Below the pieces are notes generated by a model that was given only the letters and a program-made list of their open reading frames with translations, did no database searches and was not told where the DNA came from. Both the position numbers and the translations under genes were made by a program. This document shows positions 57,375 through 64,000 of a stretch of DNA of 64,000 bases, piece after piece; position 1 is the stretch's first letter; each line of letters starts with the position of its first letter. Source of the DNA: Candidatus Micrarchaeota archaeon (GTDB lineage: Archaea > B1Sed10-29 > JAJRYS01); NCBI GenBank assembly GCA_964643685.1, contig CAZXTN010000003.1, positions 1 through 64,000 on the forward strand, given 5' to 3'.

Positions 57375-57836
57375 TTACTTCAATTTAGTGATTGTTTTCT
57401 TGTTGAACACGAGGATGTGGTCAGCTGTGTTTTTCAAAGCAGCTGCAATCGGCTCGCTTCCAACGACAATTGTTTCCTTACCATGCTCCTTTGCCTTGGA
57501 CACAACAGGATGAAAGTCAGAATCGCGTGTCATCAAGGCAATCACATCAATGTGTTCATTGAAAACATACTCCATTGCCTCAGCAGCCATAGGTGCATCC
57601 ACGTCATCACTAGTGACTATTACAGGCTCAAAACCTTGATTGACAACAGCTTCAATTAACTTATCAGGCGCAAACTGGTTTAAGAAAATTTTAGATACTG
57701 TCAAGTTGCCGAATTTCTCCAGCTCGTTCCTAATAATGTTTAAGTCAACGTCAAACTCTTTCCTAAGCATGTTAGGACCGTCAACGAAAAAAGCAATTTT
57801 CTTAACTTCATTTTTTCTTTTTCCAAAACCAAACAT
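57375..57836 (-). CDS. NYN-domain protein (TIGR00288-like)
   Basis: FVDGPNMLRKEF, DVD, TRDSDF.P, AL.NTAD. Confidence 0.92.
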   Translation of the reverse strand: MFGFGKRKNEVKKIAFFVDGPNMLRKEFDVDLNIIRNELEKFGNLTVSKIFLNQFAPDKLIEAVVNQGFEPVIVTSDDVDAPMAAEAMEYVFNEHIDVIALMTRDSDFHPVVSKAKEHGKETIVVGSEPIAAALKNTADHILVFNKKTITKLK

Positions 57837-57860
57837 TTCAAAAACCAAACTCCTTCTTGC

Positions 57861-58613
57861 TTAAATTTTCAAATCAAATGCCTTGACTGTATTTTTTTCA
57901 GTTGCCTTGCTTGCTTCTTCAAAAGTTATTCCCAGTTCAGATGCAATTAAAGCAATTAATTCGCTTACATTAACAGGCTCGTTCCTCTCCTTTCTGTTGA
58001 AAGGGTTCAAGTAAGGCGAATCAGTTTCAGTAAGCAAGTAATCTAACTCAATTTCCTTAATTAAATCTTTGGTTTTTCTTGAATACAACGCTTTCGTAGT
58101 TACACCTATGAAAAACCCGTTGTCAACAGCTCTTTTAATCAAATCGCTTGAAGCTTCAAATGAATGCATTATCACTTGCGTAGCTGCCCCCCTTTCAGCC
58201 ATTTTCAAAGCATCTTCCTCTGCATTTCTAGAATGAATTACAAGGGGCTTGTTCAAATCATTAGCCAATTCAATGAACTTCGTGAAATTTTCTTTTTGCC
58301 TGCCATGATTTTCCTTGTCCCAGTAATAATCCAGCCCAACTTCTCCGACAGCAACCATCTTTTCATGATTCTCTTCAATGAAAGAAATCACTTGACTTAA
58401 CTTGCTTTCTCTCAAAGTAGTAATAGGTCCTAAGCCGAAGCAGGGAAATACAAAACCAAGGAACTCTTCGCTTATTCTTAAATTCTTTTCATTTGAAGCA
58501 AGAGAATCAGACAAGGTAATTACTGCCGAGAGTTTCTGCTTGGCTCTCTCAATAACTTCAATTAAGTCACTGTTGAAACTTGAGTCATCTAAATGTGAAT
58601 GCGAGTCAATCAT
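57861..58613 (-). CDS. tatD: TatD-family nuclease
   Basis: IDSHSHL, GEVGLDY, IHSR, MHSF, ETDSPY, RNEP. Confidence 0.95.
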   Translation of the reverse strand: MIDSHSHLDDSSFNSDLIEVIERAKQKLSAVITLSDSLASNEKNLRISEEFLGFVFPCFGLGPITTLRESKLSQVISFIEENHEKMVAVGEVGLDYYWDKENHGRQKENFTKFIELANDLNKPLVIHSRNAEEDALKMAERGAATQVIMHSFEASSDLIKRAVDNGFFIGVTTKALYSRKTKDLIKEIELDYLLTETDSPYLNPFNRKERNEPVNVSELIALIASELGITFEEASKATEKNTVKAFDLKI

Positions 58614-58671
58614 TAATTTAAATTAAAACAGTTTAAGTATTTATAAAGGATTTAAGAGTAATTGATTAACT

Positions 58672-59706
58672 ATGAATATTAAAAAACTTACAATCACAAG
58701 CTTGCTGATAGGAGTGCTTGCTTATGCCTTGATTGGATTTGGCGTGGGCTTACCTGAAGTCATAAAAGCGCTTAAGAACGTCAAGTACGAGTACCTATTC
58801 TTAGCAGTGTTTGCTTATGCTTTCAGCTTGCTTATGATTACTCTCAGATGGAAGGAAATTACAAACAATGCTGGAATTAAAATAAGCACCTGGAAGCTTT
58901 ACTTAATGACTTTAGCTGGAGTGACTTTCAGCAACATTACACCAAGCTCCAGAATGGGAGGAGAGCCAATTAAAGCTTACTTTTTAAACAAGCATTCAGG
59001 AACTAAAATGAAAACAAGCTTTGCAACAATAGTAAGCGCCAGAATATTCGACGCAATAATCTTCATGCTTGTATCAATAATCGTTCTAAGCTACTCAGTA
59101 ATAAACTTGACTCTTCCAAAATACGTCAGCATACTGCTAATAATTTCCCTTGCAATATCAGTTGGAATAATATGGTTCATTGTATACGTGTCAGTTCAGC
59201 CAAAAGCAGCTGAGTCAATAGCAATATGGTTCATCAGAAAATTCAAAAGATTTTCAAAAACACTAAGGACAGAAGGATTTGAAAACAAGATAAAGAAAGA
59301 AATAAAAGAATACTCAGAGAACATGAACAAATTCCTTAAAACAAAAAAACTTTGGATAACCTGCTCAACTTACACTATCCTAATGTGGTTTTTTGACGTG
59401 CTTAGAATGTACTTGATTTTCTTCGGATTAGGATTGAACACCAACCCAATGATGCTTTTAATGGTCCTTGTACTATCCGGACTGGTTGGAGGAATACCTG
59501 TTTTCCCAGGAGGCATAGCAGTTACTGAATCAACAATGATAGTGGCATACAACGCCTTTCAAATACCATTAGCAGTAGCAGGAATAGCAACAATACTAGA
59601 CAGAATGGTTTACTTCTGGCTTTATACTTTCCTCGGACTCATCGCAGCTTACAAACTCGGAATAAAAAAATACGAAAAAGAACAATCAAAAAACAAAGAG
59701 TTTTAA
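58672..59706 (+). CDS. Lysylphosphatidylglycerol synthase TM/flippase-like protein (UPF0104)
   Basis: RW..NITPSSRMGGEP.KAY, R.FD, PGG....E, DR. Confidence 0.88.
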   Translation: MNIKKLTITSLLIGVLAYALIGFGVGLPEVIKALKNVKYEYLFLAVFAYAFSLLMITLRWKEITNNAGIKISTWKLYLMTLAGVTFSNITPSSRMGGEPIKAYFLNKHSGTKMKTSFATIVSARIFDAIIFMLVSIIVLSYSVINLTLPKYVSILLIISLAISVGIIWFIVYVSVQPKAAESIAIWFIRKFKRFSKTLRTEGFENKIKKEIKEYSENMNKFLKTKKLWITCSTYTILMWFFDVLRMYLIFFGLGLNTNPMMLLMVLVLSGLVGGIPVFPGGIAVTESTMIVAYNAFQIPLAVAGIATILDRMVYFWLYTFLGLIAAYKLGIKKYEKEQSKNKEF

Positions 59707-59797
59707 ATAATCAAAACAATTATAAAAAAAGACCAAGTTAATAAAAAACAAGGAAACATCAAAAAAAAATTAAAAACAGCAATCGGAGGATGTTTAA

Positions 59798-60193
59798 ATG
59801 TCAGTTACAGTTGGACAAGTAAAAGACTTGAAAGAAGGAAGGTACGTCGTAATAGATGGAGAACCATGCAAAATAACTTCTATTCAAAAATCAAAGCCAG
59901 GTAAACACGGCTCAGCAAAAGCAAGAGTCGAAGGAGTATCCTTATTCAGCGGAAGCAAAAAAACACTTTTGAAAAGCGTTGACTCCTCATGCGAAATACC
60001 AGAACTCCTAAGAAAAAAAGCACAAGTAATAGCAAACCTTGGGGGAAACAGGCTTCAATTAATGGACTTGGAAACCTACGAAACATACGAAATTGACGTG
60101 GACCCAGAATACGCTGACTTGCAATCAGGCAGAGAAGTAGAAGTCCAAGAAATCATGGGAAGAAGATTCTTGACTCATGCCAAAAAGGAATAA
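59798..60193 (+). CDS. eif5a: Translation factor aIF5A
   Basis: SKPGKHGSAKAR, QLMDLETYET. Confidence 0.97.
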   Translation: MSVTVGQVKDLKEGRYVVIDGEPCKITSIQKSKPGKHGSAKARVEGVSLFSGSKKTLLKSVDSSCEIPELLRKKAQVIANLGGNRLQLMDLETYETYEIDVDPEYADLQSGREVEVQEIMGRRFLTHAKKE

Positions 60194-60613
60194 TAGCTCT
60201 TCAAAATTATTTTTTCTTTTAGGGCGTGTTTTTCTTTTCCACAGGGTACACAGAAAAAGAAAAAGCGCGACGGAGGTTCCTAACACACGCAAAGAAAGAA
60301 TAAGACTTTCTTCAAACTTACTTTTTTCTTATTTTTTCAAAACCAGCTCCTTTTTTACTTGAACAAACACCCTATTAGCTTTATTCGTGTATTCAGGGCT
60401 TTTGACACCCCCTTACTTCCAGTATTCGGCGCTGAGAGATTTTTTCAGGAAATAAAAGCTTCTCCGGGCTTTTCGCTTCAAAAAAAGCTGGTAAAACAGG
60501 TTTTTTGATTGAATTTTCCTTTTTCTAGCTTTGTTTAAACTGGTTTTAACTTGCTAGTGTTTGAAAATTATTAAATTAAAATAAAATTTCAACAAAACTA
60601 AAACAAGCAAGTT

Positions 60614-60657
60614 AGTTAACATTATAAGTTAACTTTATATAGTTTGGAACTTATAAT
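60614..60657 (+). promoter_or_regulatory. TATA box flanked by inverted repeats (TA operator)
   Basis: AGTTAAC-N7-GTTAACT (60614-60634); ATTATAAGTT (60621-60630) and AACTTATAAT (60648-60657) around TTTATATA. Confidence 0.6.
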
Positions 60658-60975
60658 ATGAAAAAAATTGAATTAATAAAAGAACTTTCATTGCCTGAAA
60701 GTACAAGCAACAAAATAAAACTAAGAAAAAAGATATTTATTGAAAAATCAAAAGTGAAGCAGTTTGCTGTCCAACTTGAAATTGAACAAGATAATAAATT
60801 CAAGCCAATAATAAGATTTGACGCTTATCATGGCTTTGTTCACAAAGATGAATTTTTCAAAAACAGGCCTAAGAAAAAAACAAAAATTGCTATAGAAAAT
60901 TTGAAGGAAGCAGTGGATTTGGCTGAAAAAGATTTGTTAGAAAATCTTGAAATGTATGTGAGGAGATTTGAATGA
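60658..60975 (+). CDS. Putative toxin (DUF7718/TumE-like)
   Basis: FAVQLE..IIRFDAYHGFVHKD motif; overlaps the downstream HTH gene. Confidence 0.6.
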   Translation: MKKIELIKELSLPESTSNKIKLRKKIFIEKSKVKQFAVQLEIEQDNKFKPIIRFDAYHGFVHKDEFFKNRPKKKTKIAIENLKEAVDLAEKDLLENLEMYVRRFE

Positions 60976-61316
60976 AAAAAGCGAAAGAAGAGATAAAGGA
61001 TTTTTTCAAACTCGGCAGAAAAATAATAGAAAACCCTGAACTTGCTGAAACAATGCCAAGTGAAATTTTCATTCCCTCGGGAGTCAAAATTTCTGAAATA
61101 CTCTCAGAGAAAAGAATAGAACTACTTAGTTTAATTGCCAAACAGCCAAACAAAACAATTAATGAACTTTCAAAAGCGACAAAAAGAAAAAAAGAAGCAA
61201 TTAGCAGAGACATTAAATTTCTTAAAAAACACAACTTAGTTGAAACAAAAAAAAGAGGAAGGGAAAAACAAGTTAAAACAAGCATTAAATATGTATTAAT
61301 TCCGATTTCAAACTAA
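60972..61316 (+). CDS. wHTH putative antitoxin (HVO_A0114/TumA-like)
   Basis: LSEKRIELL..TINELS....R....ISRDIKFL....LV....GREK. Confidence 0.7.
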   Translation: MKKAKEEIKDFFKLGRKIIENPELAETMPSEIFIPSGVKISEILSEKRIELLSLIAKQPNKTINELSKATKRKKEAISRDIKFLKKHNLVETKKRGREKQVKTSIKYVLIPISN

Positions 61317-61323
61317 AAAGAAA

Positions 61324-61758
61324 TCAATTCCCCCCTTTTCTTTTCTTAAGCTTTGGAGTAACATAAGGCAATTTTTTCATTTGAAGGTTTTTCAGCACAA
61401 AAACAGTTGGTGCTTCTTCATCAAAACCGTATTTCTCAAACAATTTCCTTGCAGCTGGCGAAACAGAATTTAAAAAAACAGTTTCAACTCCTTTCTTTTT
61501 CAAGTCATCCAAAACCTTCACTAAATTAACTTCAGCTATTTTCTGTCCTCTGAATTCTTCTAGTGTTTCAACATTTTCCAAATAAGCAGTTTTCTGCTCC
61601 TTTGGATAAATGTAATACCTTAAAAAACCAGCTTCTTTCCTTCCTCCCTGCGTGTTAAGGTAAAGAGTCCTTTTCTTCTCCACATAACCATCTTTAGTTT
61701 TCCTTGATTTAACACTAAAACCAAACAACTTTCTCTTACGCATTGACTCACTAGCCAT
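61324..61758 (-). CDS. GNAT acetyltransferase
   Basis: VET.EEFRGQKIA, V.L.S...A..LFEKYGF. Confidence 0.8.
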   Translation of the reverse strand: MASESMRKRKLFGFSVKSRKTKDGYVEKKRTLYLNTQGGRKEAGFLRYYIYPKEQKTAYLENVETLEEFRGQKIAEVNLVKVLDDLKKKGVETVFLNSVSPAARKLFEKYGFDEEAPTVFVLKNLQMKKLPYVTPKLKKRKGGN

Positions 61759-61819
61759 TACTTTCAATTAAGCAAAAGAAGTTATTTAAAACTAATTAAA
61801 ACTCCTCAAAAAAAGCTTT

Positions 61820-62287
61820 TTACTGTTGCTTTTTCTTAACTCTTAAAACAAGAGGGATCTTCTTCTCCTGCAAGTTTTCAATAACCAAAGGGCCTCCTCT
61901 TTTTGATTTTCTTGTAAAGCCAAAATCTTCATACATTTTTTTAGCCATGTCAGTTGGATACAAAGCAACAAAATTAACCCCCTTAGCTTTCAAATCAACA
62001 AGAGTCTTATACAAATTAAAAGAAGCTACTTTCCTCCTCCTCTCGCTTGGAAAAGTATCCACGTGAATAATATAAGAAGTATTATCAGGATTAATAACAT
62101 ACTCAATCGAACCAATTACCCTACCATTTTCCTTAATCTGCCTTTTTTTAACAACAGAACCATCTTCAACTTCATACTTTCTAACACTCTGCCTAAACAT
62201 CTTGCTTTTTCCAGCTTGTTTTGAATACTTAACAGCATCAGCAGCTGAATTCTTCCTAACCCTTCCAGGAACCTTTTTATTAACCAT
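61820..62287 (-). CDS. GNAT acetyltransferase (paralog of the neighbour)
   Basis: VDT.PSERRRKVA, V.L.P...A..MYEDFGF; shares NL.K.L.DLK.KGV and NLQ.KK.P with 61324-61758. Confidence 0.78.
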   Translation of the reverse strand: MVNKKVPGRVRKNSAADAVKYSKQAGKSKMFRQSVRKYEVEDGSVVKKRQIKENGRVIGSIEYVINPDNTSYIIHVDTFPSERRRKVASFNLYKTLVDLKAKGVNFVALYPTDMAKKMYEDFGFTRKSKRGGPLVIENLQEKKIPLVLRVKKKQQ

Positions 62288-62356
62288 AATACTTTTTAAT
62301 AAGCAAAAATAACTATTTAAAATTAATTAAAAAAAAGCATGCAGAGTTTGAAAAAA

Positions 62357-63820
62357 ATGGCTGACGACATAAAATTCAACAAGAAAAAAAACAAAGACTT
62401 CTCAGAATGGTACTTTGAACTCTTAAAAGCAGCTGACGTCATAGACCAAAGATACCCAGCAAAAGGATTCATAGTCCACAAAGAAATAGCTGCAATAGCA
62501 GAAAGAGAAATGTACAAATTATTTGAAAAAGAACTAGACAAAACAGGACACAAAATGATGAGATTCCCAGCAGTCATACCAGAATCAGTATTTGCAAAAG
62601 AAGTGGAACACATTGAAGGATTCACACCAGAAGTGTTCTGGATAGAAAAAGGAGGCAACGACGAACTCCCTGAAAAAATGGGACTACGTCCAACCTCAGA
62701 AACAGCCATGTACACAATGTACTCAAAATGGATAAGAAGCTACAGAGACCTCCCACTCAAAGTTTACCAAGAAGCGCAAGTATGGAGATACGAAACCAAA
62801 CACACCCGTCCTTTACTCAGAGACAGGGAATTCTACTGGATAGAAGCGCACAACGTCTTCGCTTCAAGAGAAGAAGCTGAAAAACAAGTAACAGAAGACA
62901 TGAACATCACAGAAAAAGTGCTACATGAACAACTAGGCATACCCTTCCTATTCTTCAAGCGCCCTGAATGGGACAAATTCAACGGAGCAGAATACACTTA
63001 CGGCGCAGACGTGCTAATGCCAAACGGCTTAGTAATACAACAGCCATCAACCCACTTCCTAGGGCAAAATTTCTCAAAAGCATATGACATAAAATTCCTA
63101 GATGAAGACGAAAAAGAAAAATACGCGTGGCAAACATGCTACGGCCCGGCAATATCAAGAATACTCTCATCAGTAATCGCACTGCACGGCGACGACAAAG
63201 GACTAATCTTCCCATGGAACATCGCGCCATACCAAGCAGTAATCATACCAATCTACAAAAAAGACACAGACAAAGAAGCAATAGAAAACAACTGCAAAGA
63301 ACTGCAAAAACAATTGATTGAAAAAGGAGTTAGAGCAGAAATTGATTTAAGCGAAAAACGCCCAGGAGCAAAGTACTACTATTGGGAATTAAGAGGAGCA
63401 TGCATAAGAATAGAAATCGGCGCAAGAGAAGTAGAAAACAAAGAACTTACAATCGCAAGAAGAGACACAGGAGAAAAAATAAAAATAAAACAAGAAGAAC
63501 TAGACGCTTACCTTGAAAAACTCCCAAAAGAAATAATTAAAAATTTGAAAACAAAAAGAGACGAAGAATTCAAAAACGCGTTGCACGAAGCAAACTCACT
63601 TGAAGAATTGAAAAAAGAGTTGGACAAAGGAGGATTCGTTAAAATCAACATTTGTTCAAGAGACACTGACGGAGAACAATGCGCCGATGTCATAAAAGCA
63701 GAAACCAACGGCGGAGAAGTAAGAGGAACACTCCACGGCAAAGAAGAAAAGCCAACAGGAAACTGCATAATATGCGGCAAAAAAGCAAACGCAGTAGTAT
63801 ACGTAGCAAAATCATATTAG
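62357..63820 (+). CDS. proS: Prolyl-tRNA synthetase, archaeal/eukaryotic type
   Basis: LRPTSET, RYETKHTRPLLRDREF, HFLGQNFSKA, HGDDKGL, C-terminal ..AKSY. Confidence 0.97.
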   Translation: MADDIKFNKKKNKDFSEWYFELLKAADVIDQRYPAKGFIVHKEIAAIAEREMYKLFEKELDKTGHKMMRFPAVIPESVFAKEVEHIEGFTPEVFWIEKGGNDELPEKMGLRPTSETAMYTMYSKWIRSYRDLPLKVYQEAQVWRYETKHTRPLLRDREFYWIEAHNVFASREEAEKQVTEDMNITEKVLHEQLGIPFLFFKRPEWDKFNGAEYTYGADVLMPNGLVIQQPSTHFLGQNFSKAYDIKFLDEDEKEKYAWQTCYGPAISRILSSVIALHGDDKGLIFPWNIAPYQAVIIPIYKKDTDKEAIENNCKELQKQLIEKGVRAEIDLSEKRPGAKYYYWELRGACIRIEIGAREVENKELTIARRDTGEKIKIKQEELDAYLEKLPKEIIKNLKTKRDEEFKNALHEANSLEELKKELDKGGFVKINICSRDTDGEQCADVIKAETNGGEVRGTLHGKEEKPTGNCIICGKKANAVVYVAKSY

Positions 63821-64000
63821 AAAAACCTTTAAAAACAATTAAAAGCATTAATTGAAAACAGAAGAGGGTTTTAACGCGACCATGCAACCAAAACAGCCTC
63901 TTTCTGAAAAAAACAAATATTGATTAGAGTTGATTATCAAATGGACTTTAAGTTAAAAGAAAAACGCTGGAACACGGCTTTTCTTTTAAAAAAAGAAAAC

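Noticed and set aside
60290-60330. RNase P RNA (minus-strand GAAGAAAGTC resembles the P4 5' strand)
   Set aside because: No matching 3' P4 strand or room for the rest of the RNA before aIF5A; the motif is explained by a local hairpin.
60420-60450. Group I intron core (minus-strand TCTCAGCGCCGAATAC vaguely like the R element)
   Set aside because: No S element or interrupted host gene could be identified.
1718-63887. Numerous antisense or overlapping ORFs in the track (e.g. 10847-11455, 21657-22106, 42501-43034, 17115-17447, 23068-23304)
   Set aside because: They are shadows of well-supported genes or RNA/hairpin regions, with S/F/L/I-rich composition and no motifs or start signals.
1-64000. 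CRISPR array or cas genes
   Set aside because: No regularly spaced 25-40 bp repeats with unique spacers and no Cas motifs; the hairpin cassettes are dispersed, not arrayed.
1-64000. Alternative genetic code or stop-codon recoding
   Set aside because: Conserved genes are full length under the standard code and end at TAA, TAG or TGA at the expected positions.

Overview
AT-rich archaeal chromosomal window, most likely from a DPANN-type lineage (inferred from TFB, exosome/proteasome superoperon, eL15/eS8/uL16/aIF5A, AMP phosphorylase plus R15P isomerase, bacterial-type MetK, lipoproteins and class III signal peptide proteins, many orphans). It holds about 70 CDS, a solitary 5S rRNA, tRNA-Leu(GAG), and tRNA-Ala(GGC) with a 40-nt BHB intron in the D-loop. 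There are two candidate toxin-antitoxin pairs and an SfsA remnant. I found no CRISPR array, transposase, integrase or reverse transcriptase. Four signals are not explained by ordinary annotation. (1) A dispersed family of small GC-GAA-GC/GA-mismatch hairpin cassettes sits at gene and tRNA 3' ends; three of them are flanked by 20-57 bp duplications of the host gene's 3' end, and two of these share the same hairpin-end junction. (2) A sawtooth, strand-linked A/C versus G/T codon skew appears to flip about every 10 kb regardless of gene orientation. (3) Two divergent putative small RNAs at 45.2-45.6 kb have mutually complementary hairpin loops. (4) A set of orphan coiled-coil and GNAT proteins have strongly basic N-termini and are candidate host-directed effectors. 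All family assignments are by motif recognition, with no database searches, and the skew was judged by eye.
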